Shown: in pieces, positions 26,972-35,706 of the stretch | Position numbering within the stretch: the stretch's first letter is position 1 | Layout: every line of letters starts with the position of its first letter | NCBI GenBank assembly: GCA_009380095.1 | Contig: WHSL01000003.1 | Location: forward strand, 1 to 64,000 | Direction of reading: 5' to 3' | DNA: 64,000 nt | Origin: Streptosporangiales bacterium | Lineage (GTDB): Bacteria > Actinomycetota > Actinomycetes > Streptosporangiales > Streptosporangiaceae | Translations under genes and position numbers: made by a program | Notes under the pieces: model-generated | The model's database searches: none | Told to the model about the DNA's origin: nothing | The model's input: the letters and a program-made list of their open reading frames with translations, nothing else

Positions 26972-27763
26972 GTGATCGACGACGCGTCATCCTTGCTGCG
27001 CACGCTGGATCTGGAGCAGCTCGACAGTGACCTGTTCGTGGCCCCGCCCGGCGGGTTCGGCTGGCAGCGGACCTTCGGCGGGCAGGTCGTGGCCCAGGCC
27101 CTGCGCGCCGCCGTCCTCACCGTCGACCCCGGCCGTCAGGTCCACTCCCTGCACTCGTACTTCATCCGCGGCGGCCGGCTGGCCGAGCCCGTCCACCTCG
27201 AGGTCACCCGGACCCGGGACGGCGGCTCCTTCTCCACCCGCTCGGTGACGGCCGTCCAGGAGGGCAAGCCGATCTTCGAGCTGATGGCCTCTTTCCAGGA
27301 CCAGCAGCCCGGCGAGGACTGGCAGGCCGCGACGCCGCCGTCGGTGCCCGGGCCCGACGCGCTCGACCCGGTGGACTTCGGCGTGCTGACCTCGACGTTC
27401 GACGTCCGCCCGGTCAACGGGCCGCGGTCCGACTGGTCCCCCGTCTCGCACCCGTTCTGGTTCCGGGTGACCGAGCCGGTCGGGGACGACCCCGCCATGC
27501 ACACGTGCCTGCTCGCCTACATGTCGGATCTGGTCGTCGTACGGGCGGCCGCATCACCGGTCCTCCGGGAGGAGCCCACCACGCGGGCGAGTCTCGACCA
27601 TGCGGTCTGGTTCCACCGCATCCCCCGCGTCGACGAATGGCTGCTCTGCGACATCAACCCGGCCGCCCACATCGGGCAGCGCGGCCTGGCCCAGGGGTCG
27701 ATGCTGACGGCCGACGGGACGCTCGTCGCCTCCATCGCTCAGGAGGCCCTCCTCCGCCCTTGA
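26972..27763 (+). CDS. tesB: Acyl-CoA thioesterase II
   Basis: Double hot-dog TesB signatures (FGGQVVAQALRAA, VHSLHSYFIRGG, DHAVWFHR); GTG start. Confidence 0.85.
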   Translation: MIDDASSLLRTLDLEQLDSDLFVAPPGGFGWQRTFGGQVVAQALRAAVLTVDPGRQVHSLHSYFIRGGRLAEPVHLEVTRTRDGGSFSTRSVTAVQEGKPIFELMASFQDQQPGEDWQAATPPSVPGPDALDPVDFGVLTSTFDVRPVNGPRSDWSPVSHPFWFRVTEPVGDDPAMHTCLLAYMSDLVVVRAAASPVLREEPTTRASLDHAVWFHRIPRVDEWLLCDINPAAHIGQRGLAQGSMLTADGTLVASIAQEALLRP

Positions 27764-28072
27764 GCCGAAGGCGTCGGCGTCAGTCGGGAGACCGGCGTTC
27801 ACCCGGATGGGCCGGAGTTCGCCGCCTTCGACGACCCTGAGCTCCAGTTCGACGCCGGCCGCCTCGGCCTCGTCCGGGTCCTGCGAGCGCATGGTCAGGC
27901 CCAGCAGGTGTTCCCCGGCGACCGCCTTGGGCTCGGCCTTGCCGCCCGGCCGCAGCACCCCCCGCCAACTCGTCGCCAAACCGAGGGAAACCTAGCCGAA
28001 CCCACACCCGCGCGAACCGACTTCAGGCATCGGAGACGCCCCCACCGCCACACCCAGGCGCTCTCCTCCTGG

Positions 28073-28131
28073 CTACCTCGACGTCGAGGTAGATGGAATC
28101 TACGTAGATCCGATCTACGTAGATTCCATCT
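28073..28131. repeat. Compound palindrome: 20-bp GC-rich perfect palindrome (ctacctcgacgtcgaggtag) overlapping a 41-bp AT-rich near-perfect palindrome containing two copies of the 12-bp palindrome ATCTACGTAGAT
   Basis: Read directly at 28073-28092 and 28091-28131; lies between the convergent tesB (+) and AAA+ ATPase (-) stops; AT-rich in an about 72% GC background. Confidence 0.6.
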
Positions 28132-28207
28132 TCGGAGGACGCGAGAGTCGCGCCCGGTGTTTCCGGTTCGAAGCTGGGCCGCTCAACCCGCGCGCAATCC
28201 GTGGAGG

Positions 28208-29479
28208 TCAGGGCGGAGGCACCTCCCACAGCGCGCTGATCGGCATGGCACGCATCTTCGGGCCGAAGGACAGCGTGTGCTCTCCGGTGTAGAACACGAT
28301 CCCGACGGTCAGGTCATCTCCGAGGCGATCGTCGAGATGCTTCAACCCTCGGAAGTCCTCCGAACGAACCGTGGACGCTGCCTTGACTTCGATCGCGACA
28401 GCCTCCCCACGACGGCTCGCCAATACGGCGTCCACCTCGACCTGGTCCCTGGTCCGGTAGTGGAAGAGGTCCGCTCGTTCCTGTGACCAACTGAGCTGAC
28501 GCGCGAGTTCCATCAGAACGAACCCCTCCATCAACGGACCGAACATGCCGCCGGGCCGTAGGAGGCTTCGGACGTCGGCCGAGGCCAGGTTGCACGCGAT
28601 ACCGGAGTCCACGAAGGCCACCTTGGAGGTACTGACAGCCCTGGTAGAGACGTTGCGCGACCATGCGGGTATCCGCTTGATCAAGAAAACCTCTTCCAGC
28701 AACGCCAAGTACCGACGGACGGTATTCGCTGACACTTGGATCTTGTTGGCCAGGCTGCTGATCGAGAGAAGCTGGCCCGAGCGAGCTGCTAGAACCTCCA
28801 GCAGGCTCCTCATCTCGGCGGTCCTCTCGATCTCGGCGAGCTGGCTGATGTCGCGAAGGATGAGGTCGCTCACGTAGGAGTCGAAGAAGCGTGCTCGCCG
28901 AGACGAATTAGCTCGCCCCACGGCCTCCGGGAAGCCACCGCGGACCAACCTCTCGGCATAGTCCGCCCGCTTGATGTCCGAGTTATGCCTAAGGGAGGCT
29001 CCTTTAGCGAAGACCGCGTCAATGAAGCCGTCCGGCTTGTCGTCGATCTCCCCCTGGGAGAACGGCCAGAGCTCGATCGTCTCGGAGCGCCCAGGGAGCG
29101 TGTCCGGAAGCCCGCGAAGTCCCAGGATGCGAGCTGAGCCGGTCAACAAGAATCGACCGGGCTGGAAGTCCCTGTCGACCACCTCCTTGATCGCCAGAAA
29201 CAGCTCCGGGGCACGCTGGATCTCGTCGATCACCATGCGCTCGCCCACATCGACGAATCCCGTGGGATCGTCGTCTGCCGCCTTGCGATCAACTGGTCGG
29301 TCCATGTTCCGCCACTCGGCCGTGCAGTCCTTCGCGACGACGCGCGCCAAGGTGCTCTTGCCGCACTGACGGGCACCATTGATGAGCACGACACGCGTGT
29401 CGGTCAACGCGTCCTCCACCGTCGTCTGCGCACGGCGAGGCAGAACACGGCCCAGGGGTGTCTTCGTCTCGAATCCCAC
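28208..29479 (-). CDS. AAA+ superfamily ATPase, COG1373-type (AAA_14 + DUF4143)
   Basis: Walker A GARQCGKST; DUF4143-like C-terminal region; local GC about 58-60%, below the surrounding about 72%. Confidence 0.8.
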   Translation of the reverse strand: MGFETKTPLGRVLPRRAQTTVEDALTDTRVVLINGARQCGKSTLARVVAKDCTAEWRNMDRPVDRKAADDDPTGFVDVGERMVIDEIQRAPELFLAIKEVVDRDFQPGRFLLTGSARILGLRGLPDTLPGRSETIELWPFSQGEIDDKPDGFIDAVFAKGASLRHNSDIKRADYAERLVRGGFPEAVGRANSSRRARFFDSYVSDLILRDISQLAEIERTAEMRSLLEVLAARSGQLLSISSLANKIQVSANTVRRYLALLEEVFLIKRIPAWSRNVSTRAVSTSKVAFVDSGIACNLASADVRSLLRPGGMFGPLMEGFVLMELARQLSWSQERADLFHYRTRDQVEVDAVLASRRGEAVAIEVKAASTVRSEDFRGLKHLDDRLGDDLTVGIVFYTGEHTLSFGPKMRAMPISALWEVPPP

Positions 29480-30039
29480 GTGACAAGATTGCCATGAAAT
29501 TCCTGTTCAACACTCGATTTCCAACCGACTGCTGGCGGGTTTGCCGCCCGAGTGCTGGCAGATCTGCCGCCGAGTCGCTGGTGGATTTGCCGCCCAGTAG
29601 CTGGCGGATCTGCCGCTCTGTTGCTGATGAGGTCGCCGCTGGTCCTGTGAGTTCGACGATGACGTTGGTCTGGGAGGAGACGGCTACGGCGAGGCGGTCG
29701 CCGTCGGTCTTGACGATGCCGGAGGATGAGCGTCGCCATCTGCCCGCCGGCGTACGGCACGGGGGTCGCGCCGGGCGGCACCCCGTGGCGGCGGCGGGCG
29801 ACCCAGAGGACCAGGCTGACCAGGCCCTTCAGGTCGAATTCCATGATCCTTCGGACCCGCTCGGGGACGAGGTCGTGGTAGGTGGCGATGAGCGCGGCCC
29901 GGCGGCGGAGCCCGGCGCGGCGGTGCCCTCGGAAGAGCCGCGCGGCAACCGACAGCTCCAGCACGAGGACGGCGAGCACGACGACCTCCGCGGCGACGAT
30001 CACGCCGAGCGGGAGCCGTACGCCGGAAGCGATCAGCAC
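29404..30039 (-). CDS. Hypothetical membrane protein (two N-terminal TM helices); the 3' half reads through the 23-bp repeat array and loses coding character
   Basis: First ~105 codons have strong GC3 bias and two hydrophobic helices; downstream GC3 bias drops and the frame overlaps the ATPase start by 75 nt, so a degraded or frameshifted gene is possible. Confidence 0.3.
   Translation of the reverse strand: MLIASGVRLPLGVIVAAEVVVLAVLVLELSVAARLFRGHRRAGLRRRAALIATYHDLVPERVRRIMEFDLKGLVSLVLWVARRRHGVPPGATPVPYAGGQMATLILRHRQDRRRPPRRSRLLPDQRHRRTHRTSGDLISNRAADPPATGRQIHQRLGGRSASTRAANPPAVGWKSSVEQEFHGNLVTWDSRRRHPWAVFCLAVRRRRWRTR
29530..29621. repeat. Four contiguous degenerate 23-bp direct repeats (gctggcRgatYtgccgccNagtN) in the 5' region of the AAA+ ATPase gene
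   Basis: Read directly: gctggcgggtttgccgcccgagt / gctggcagatctgccgccgagtc / gctggtggatttgccgcccagta / gctggcggatctgccgctctgtt; each unit has an internal GGCAGATCTGCC-like palindrome; no spacers, so not a CRISPR array. Confidence 0.6.
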
Positions 30040-30097
30040 CAGGAGCCCCAGCTCCAGGGGATCACGGAGTACAGCACGATACGGGCCAGTCTGAGCG

Positions 30098-30865
30098 TCA
30101 TCGCCCCTCCCTCAGCCGCTCCACCAGGAGCCGGAACACCTCGGTCTGCGCCGAGGACATCTCGCCGGCCAGCTCCTCCAGCCACCGGCCGCCCTCACCC
30201 AGCTCCTCGGGCGGGGAGTCGAGGCCGGTCAGCATCAGTTCGGCCATGCCGTCGGGCATGTGTTCGGCGAGGTCCTTCGCCAGGACGGGGACCCGTGGAT
30301 CGCCCGGGTCCGCGTCGGCCAGCTCGTCCAGGCGCGCGTACAGGGCCTGGCCCCGCCGGGGCGCCTCCGGCTCGGCGAACGGGCGCAGCAGCTCGGTGAA
30401 GCGCTCCCGGTCCTCCGGCCCCGCGGTGCTGTAGACGAGGGAGAGCATGCCGCGGTCGAAGCGGGCGAACTTCGAGTCGCCGCCCGCGATGTCCCGCAGC
30501 ACCGCGGCGGCCTCCGGCGCGACCGTGGCGTCGGCGTCCAGCTCGTCCTGCTCCAGCAGGGCGGCGAGGCGGGCGCGGCGCGTGGCCAGCGCCTCCTGCT
30601 GCCGGGCCAGGTCGGCCTCCAGCTCGCGCAGCACCTCGCGCAGCTCCCGGCCCCGCTCGTCGGCGAGCACGTCACGGATCTCGTCGAGCGACAGGCCCAG
30701 CTCGGCCAGCCGCCGGACCCGCGCGAGGATCACCGCGTCGCGCAGCCGGTACTCCCGGTACCCGTTCGCGCGCCTCTCCGGCTCGGGCAACAGGCCCAGG
30801 TGGTGATAGTGCCGTACGGTCCGCGTGGACACCCCCGCCAGCGCGGCCAACTCCCCGATTCGCAT
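30098..30865 (-). CDS. MerR family transcriptional regulator with C-terminal effector domain
   Basis: MerR HTH MRIGELAALAGVSTRTVRHYHHLGLL...NGYREY, dimerisation coiled coil and about 130-aa C-terminal domain. Confidence 0.8.
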   Translation of the reverse strand: MRIGELAALAGVSTRTVRHYHHLGLLPEPERRANGYREYRLRDAVILARVRRLAELGLSLDEIRDVLADERGRELREVLRELEADLARQQEALATRRARLAALLEQDELDADATVAPEAAAVLRDIAGGDSKFARFDRGMLSLVYSTAGPEDRERFTELLRPFAEPEAPRRGQALYARLDELADADPGDPRVPVLAKDLAEHMPDGMAELMLTGLDSPPEELGEGGRWLEELAGEMSSAQTEVFRLLVERLREGR

Positions 30866-31032
30866 GCCCCCATTACAAACGTTGACGTAACGTCAAGGTC
30901 AAACCGCTCCACCGACCCGCCCGCTTTCTCCCAGACGTGCGCGGACACCGACCGCAGGTGAGCGGCTCCCTGTTCGACTGGATCCGACCCCATCGGAAGC
31001 ATCTGACGCGCCGCAACGTCGAGGTCAAGCCG

Positions 31033-32058
31033 TCACGTGCCCTCCTGCCGCCGCGCGGGAAGGCCACGCCGGACCATGAACTCCACGGGGCCCGTCATCC
31101 CCGTCGGCCGGACCGTGGTCTCGGGGTGCTGACTGGGCCAGACCCTGAGGACCTCGTCGACGAAGCCCTGTCCGACTTCCTCGATGCCAGTGAAGTCGAC
31201 GATGACCTCCTCGAAACGCTCCAGGCCGCGCATCAGGCGCTTGGCCTCAGATCGGCTCACGAACCGAACTCCGAAGCCGAAGAGCCGCACCAGGGTACGC
31301 GTGCGGGTGAACTGGTGGTCGTCGTCGGTATAGGCGCCGAAGACCTCGGCGATTGGCCGGGGCGTGGCCGGGTCCATCTCCCAGTGAACCCTGGTGCCCC
31401 GCCTGATGTCACTCGCACCTACGGCTTGATCGTCGCGGACGTTGTCGACGGTCCAACGCAGGCCGGCGGATTCGAGTGTGAAGATATCGACCGCCTTGGA
31501 GGTGAAGAAGATCCCTTCGCCCGTGTGGCGTTCCGGATCGGTTGTTGTCTTGCCTTTGGTGAGTTCCCCCAGCGCGTCGTAAACGTCCTCAAGGTTGAGC
31601 GCCTCTTGGATGTGCGGCAGTGCGCCCCGGCCTTCGTCGCGGACTTCGAACCGCGCCTCGACTCGGGATACCCAGGCAGCGACGTATACGGACTCCGCAG
31701 CGGAGTGGTCGATCGCGTTGTTGAGCATCTCGGTAAAGGTGTAGTTCGCCGTTGACATCGCCTCGGGGCTCAGCCGGTCGCGAAGAACCTCGTCTGCCAG
31801 CTCCCGCCAGACGACGTCCTCCTGAAGGCCGCTGATCGACAACGTCCGCTCCCATTGCGGGAACGTCCAGCGAGCGGTCGTGAACTCGACCGTGGAGAGT
31901 TCCGCGAGCGCGCTGCGAACCACACCCGGGTCGAAGACGCGGTGCCCTCCGGGCGAGCGCTCCGACGGAATCACCCCGCTGTCGGCGAGCTGACGCAGCC
32001 GCGCGACCGAGACCCCCAGCTCACGAGCTACATCGCCGATCCGAACCAGTCTGGCCAT
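31033..32058 (-). CDS. Three-domain protein: MerR/excisionase-type HTH + GHKL histidine-kinase-like ATPase (RsbW-like) + DUF4325 (STAS-like)
   Basis: HTH (VRIGDVARELGVSVARLRQL); HATPase N-box EMLNNAIDHS and G-boxes VRDEGRG, GEGIFF; C-terminal DUF4325-like VIVDFTGIEEVGQGFVDEV; local GC about 62%. Confidence 0.7.
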   Translation of the reverse strand: MARLVRIGDVARELGVSVARLRQLADSGVIPSERSPGGHRVFDPGVVRSALAELSTVEFTTARWTFPQWERTLSISGLQEDVVWRELADEVLRDRLSPEAMSTANYTFTEMLNNAIDHSAAESVYVAAWVSRVEARFEVRDEGRGALPHIQEALNLEDVYDALGELTKGKTTTDPERHTGEGIFFTSKAVDIFTLESAGLRWTVDNVRDDQAVGASDIRRGTRVHWEMDPATPRPIAEVFGAYTDDDHQFTRTRTLVRLFGFGVRFVSRSEAKRLMRGLERFEEVIVDFTGIEEVGQGFVDEVLRVWPSQHPETTVRPTGMTGPVEFMVRRGLPARRQEGT

Positions 32059-32180
32059 GGAGGAAACCTACAGCAACTCGAAGATTTTCACTCGACAAGT
32101 GTCGTCGAAATCTACGTCGCTGCCGAGATTCTTGGTGCCCGACGTGCGAAAACCTCCAGCGGACAGGAGGTTCCGGGTGA

Positions 32181-33122
32181 TCAGAGGTCGCGGTCCCAGG
32201 TTTGGCCGGTTAGGGAGTGGCCGAAGCTGTGGTGGGGTTCGGAGTCGCGGAGGGTGAAGCCGGCGCGTTCGTAGATGCGGCGGGCGGAGGTGAGGACGTC
32301 GTTGGTCCAGAGGGTGATGCGTTCGTAGCCGGCCTTGCTCGCGAAGGCCAGGCACTCGTCCACCAGGGCCGCGCCGACGCCGAGGCCGCGGGCGGCGGGG
32401 TCCACGAGGAGCAGGCGGAGCTTGGCCGTGCGGTCGTCGGCCCGTACGCAGAAGACGCAGCCGACGGGGCCGTCCACCCCGTCCGCCTCGGCGATCCACG
32501 CGCCCTCCCGGTCCGGGTCGTGGTCCGCGGCGTACGCCTTCACGATGTCGCCGACGAGTTCCTCGAAGGAGGAATCCCAGCCGTACTCCTCGGCGTACAG
32601 CGAGCCGTGCCGGCGCACCACCCAGTCGAGGTCGGCGTCGGTGGCCGGCCGCAGCCGGAACGACCGCCGTCCCTCGCCCAGCAGCCCGTGAATCGTCCCC
32701 ATCGCCTCCACCAGCCTTTCCTGCTCGGCATCGTCGAGCCGGCCCATGAGCTCCGCGATCCCCGCGGCGGACCGCCGGTCCAGCTCGCGCTGCTCGGCCC
32801 GGCCGCGGGCGGTGAGCCTTACGAGCTGACGCCGCGCGTCCCGCGCCGAGCGGGTGCGCTCCACCAGCCCGGCCGAGCCGAGCCGGGCGAGCATCCGGCT
32901 CAGATAGCCGGCGTCGAGGCCGAGGTCGCGGCGGAGCGCGACGACCTCGGTCTCCGGACGGCGCCCCAACTCGAACAGCACCCGTACCTCGCTCAGCGAA
33001 TGCGCCGAGTCGAGATAGCCCTCGTCGAGCAACCCGATGATCGCCGTGTAGAAGCGGTTGAACGCCCGGACCTCGGCGATGCGCTCCGCGGAGACGCGGG
33101 CCGCGTCGCCCGCGGCGCCCAT
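32181..33122 (-). CDS. Bifunctional MarR-type HTH regulator / GNAT N-acetyltransferase
   Basis: N-terminal MarR wHTH (LSEVRVLFELGRRPE...LSRMLARLGSAGLV) and C-terminal GNAT motif A (ARGLGVGAALVDECLAFASKAGYERITL). Confidence 0.75.
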   Translation of the reverse strand: MGAAGDAARVSAERIAEVRAFNRFYTAIIGLLDEGYLDSAHSLSEVRVLFELGRRPETEVVALRRDLGLDAGYLSRMLARLGSAGLVERTRSARDARRQLVRLTARGRAEQRELDRRSAAGIAELMGRLDDAEQERLVEAMGTIHGLLGEGRRSFRLRPATDADLDWVVRRHGSLYAEEYGWDSSFEELVGDIVKAYAADHDPDREGAWIAEADGVDGPVGCVFCVRADDRTAKLRLLLVDPAARGLGVGAALVDECLAFASKAGYERITLWTNDVLTSARRIYERAGFTLRDSEPHHSFGHSLTGQTWDRDL

Positions 33123-33189
33123 GGTGGCCCCCCGATCTTTGACCGAGTCAACGATATACCGGTGGTGCCCGGCGGGGAGCGGGAACGGA

Positions 33190-33471
33190 TCAGCGCGGTA
33201 CGAGCCTGAGCATCGCCTCGCGAGCGGTGCCGGTGAGCATGGGTTCGACGTAGGCCCGGTCGTAGCGGATGTGCCCCTGGCCGACGGTCACGGCCGCGCG
33301 GAACCAGGACCCGGCGCGTCCGCGGTAGGCGCGCACGTACAGGTCGTCGCCGTCGCGGACCACCCAGATCGGCGTCGGCCCGTGCCGCCCGCCGTCCTCC
33401 CGGCGCGGCGCGATCTCCAGCTCGTCCGTGCGTGCGATCGTGTCGAGCTCGCCTTCGGTCCAGCCGGCCAT
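33190..33471 (-). CDS. DUF2255 family protein
   Basis: 93 aa (MAGWTEGELDTIARTDELEIAPRR...IWVVRDGDDLYVRAYRG...) matching the DUF2255 pattern; the ORF-track version is overextended; ATG at 33469-33471 verified. Confidence 0.55.
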   Translation of the reverse strand: MAGWTEGELDTIARTDELEIAPRREDGGRHGPTPIWVVRDGDDLYVRAYRGRAGSWFRAAVTVGQGHIRYDRAYVEPMLTGTAREAMLRLVPR

Positions 33472-33567
33472 CTGTATCCCCCGTGTCGATCGGCCTTGTT
33501 CGGTGTTTCCCCATGGAGTCATGTGCCGTGCGGCAGGGATGAAACCCCGGGTTCTAGGCTTCTCCGC

Positions 33568-34317
33568 GTGGAGTTGGCGTTCGAGCGGCGTGGGGCGGGG
33601 CCGCCCGTGGTGCTGTTGCACGGCATCGGGAGCGGGTGGCAGAGCTGGGAGCCGGTGCTGCCGGCGTTGGCGGAGCGGTTCGACGTGATCGCGCTCGACC
33701 TGCCGGGGTTCGGCGCCTCTCCGCCGCTGCCGGAGGGCCGCCGGTACGGGGTCTTCGCGCTGGCGGACGCGGCGGAGGAGTTCTGGACGGGGCTGGGCGT
33801 CGAACGGCCGTACGTCGTCGGTCACAGCATGGGCGGGCTCGTGGCGCTGGAGCTGAGCCGGCGCGGGACCGTGCGGGCCGCCTCGGCGGTCTCGCCGGCC
33901 GGGTTCTGGTCCCCGCCGGAACGGCTGTACGTCCGGGCCGTGCTCCGCGGTGGCCTGCTCGCGACCCGTCTGTTCGGCGCGGATCCCGGTGACGGCGAGC
34001 TGCCGCCTCGCGATACCCCTGGCTACCTCCCGATGGTGGACACGATCGCCGGGTATACGTTCTGGGGCCGCCCCCGGGTGCCGCTCACCCTGCTGTGGGG
34101 GACCCGCGACCCGCTGCTCTGGCCCCGGCAGGCCCGGCGCGCGCGACGCTGGTGCCCGGAGGCGCGCCTGGTCTGGCTCCCCGGCTGCGGCCACACGCCG
34201 ATGGAGGACCACCCGACCCTGCTCGCCCACCACCTCATCGACGCCATCCCACCCAGCACCGCTCAGGCCGACACCGCTCAGGCCGACACCGCTCAGGCCG
34301 ACGCACAGGATCGCTGA
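33568..34317 (+). CDS. Alpha/beta hydrolase fold protein with C-terminal TAQAD x3 repeat
   Basis: HGIGSG oxyanion region, nucleophile elbow GHSMGG, catalytic His near the C-terminus (GCGHTPMEDHP); GTG at 33568. Confidence 0.75.
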   Translation: MELAFERRGAGPPVVLLHGIGSGWQSWEPVLPALAERFDVIALDLPGFGASPPLPEGRRYGVFALADAAEEFWTGLGVERPYVVGHSMGGLVALELSRRGTVRAASAVSPAGFWSPPERLYVRAVLRGGLLATRLFGADPGDGELPPRDTPGYLPMVDTIAGYTFWGRPRVPLTLLWGTRDPLLWPRQARRARRWCPEARLVWLPGCGHTPMEDHPTLLAHHLIDAIPPSTAQADTAQADTAQADAQDR

Positions 34318-34326
34318 CCGCCGAGG

Positions 34327-34485
34327 TCAGCCCTGACCGACCGCCCACAGCATGAGCACGACGAGTATGAAGACCACGATGGCGCCGGTGACGGTGAACG
34401 GCAGCCGCACGCGCCGCCCGACCCGGCTCAGACCGAGCGCGAGCAGGATCGCGAACAGCGCGAGGAGGATGTAGCCGTCATACAC
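34327..34485 (-). CDS. Small hydrophobic membrane protein (about 52 aa)
   Basis: VYDGYILLALFAILLALGL...AIVVFILVVLMLWAVGQG; high GC3; GTG start; no homology support. Confidence 0.3.
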   Translation of the reverse strand: MYDGYILLALFAILLALGLSRVGRRVRLPFTVTGAIVVFILVVLMLWAVGQG

Positions 34486-34631
34486 GCCCAGGCTCCCAGG
34501 GGTCGGCAGGTCACCCCTAAGGCTGCCGCCAAGCCGCCCGGTCCGCAAGCCACGCGTCCACCCCCTGTGGACACCGCCACGCTGTGGACGCACCCCGCCA
34601 CACCCTGTGGACAACCTCGGCGAACGAGGCC

Positions 34632-35636
34632 TCAGGCAACGAGGACGGCCGCCCCGTTGACCCGGTCCTCCGCGAGGTCGGTGAGCGCCCGCGCCGCCTC
34701 GTCGAGCCCGTACGGCTGCGTCGCCACCCGCAGGTCGAGCCGCCACGCCAGGCGCAGGAACTCCTCTCCGTCGCCACGGGTGTTGGACGTGACGCTGCGC
34801 AGGTTCCGCTCATAGAACAGGTGCCGGTGGTAGTCCAAGGACGGCACGTCGGACAGGTGGATCCCCGCCACCGCGCACGTCCCGCCCCGGTCCAGGGCGC
34901 TCAGCGCGGCCGGCACGATCTCCCCGGCGGGCGCGAAGATCACGGCCGAGTCCAGCGGCTCCGGCGCCGGGTCGAAGACGCCCTGCGCGGTCGCGGCGCC
35001 GAGCCCGAGCGCGAGCTCCCGGGCCTGAGCCGAGCGGGTGAACACGTGCACCATCGCCCCCTCGGCGATCGCGACCTGCGCGGCGAGGTGCGCCGATCCG
35101 CCGAAACCCCAGACGCCGAGCCGGCCACCGGGCGGCAGCGCGGCCCGGCGCAGCGCCCGATACCCGATGATGCCGGCGCAGAGCAGCGGCGCGACCCGCT
35201 CGTCCGTCCACGCCGGGTCGTCCGGCAGCTCGTACGCGTAGGCCTCGGTGGCCAGCGCGTACTCCGCGTACCCGCCGGGCGCGTCCCAGCCGGTGTAGAC
35301 CGACCAGAGGCACAGGTTCTCCCGGCCGCGCCGGCAGTACGCGCACACCCCACAGGTGCCGCGCAGCCACGCCACACCGATCCGGTCCCCGGGCGCGAAC
35401 CGCACCGCACCGGACCCCGACGCCACCACCTCACCGACGATCTCGTGCCCCGGGGTGATCTCCGGCGTGCGGAGCTCCAGGTCCCCCTCGACGATGTGCA
35501 GATCGGTCCGGCACACGCCACAGGCCCGGACCCGCAGCAGCACCTCGCCGGGCCCCGGCTCCGGCACGGGAAGCCGGTGAGGCCGCAGCGGCTCGCCGGA
35601 CATCGAGCCCGGGCGGTGGACCGTCCACGCACGCAT
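34632..35636 (-). CDS. Zinc-binding alcohol dehydrogenase (MDR family)
   Basis: Zn ligand motifs (GVCRTDLH, GHEIVGEV, CGVCAYCRRG) and GxGxxG (GVWGFGGSAHLAAQ). Confidence 0.85.
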   Translation of the reverse strand: MRAWTVHRPGSMSGEPLRPHRLPVPEPGPGEVLLRVRACGVCRTDLHIVEGDLELRTPEITPGHEIVGEVVASGSGAVRFAPGDRIGVAWLRGTCGVCAYCRRGRENLCLWSVYTGWDAPGGYAEYALATEAYAYELPDDPAWTDERVAPLLCAGIIGYRALRRAALPPGGRLGVWGFGGSAHLAAQVAIAEGAMVHVFTRSAQARELALGLGAATAQGVFDPAPEPLDSAVIFAPAGEIVPAALSALDRGGTCAVAGIHLSDVPSLDYHRHLFYERNLRSVTSNTRGDGEEFLRLAWRLDLRVATQPYGLDEAARALTDLAEDRVNGAAVLVA

Positions 35637-35706
35637 GACGTCGAGCTTAGGTGCGCGGGCGCCCGCGGAACGGGAAACGCGACGGTGGGTCAGCGGGATC
35701 CGGCGG

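Noticed and set aside
27554-27979. 141-aa minus-strand ORF downstream of tesB
   Set aside because: Most of it is antisense to tesB. The protein-like short stretch (VELELRVVEGGELRPIRVNAGLP) may be a gene remnant but there is too little to call.
29530-29621. Possible CRISPR array
   Set aside because: The four 23-bp repeats are directly contiguous with no spacers and are degenerate. No cas genes are nearby, so it is not a CRISPR array.
29458-30399. 313-aa plus-strand ORF across the tandem repeats and the merR gene
   Set aside because: It is a translation of the repeat array and the antisense of merR. The product is low-complexity Arg/Pro/Ala-rich.
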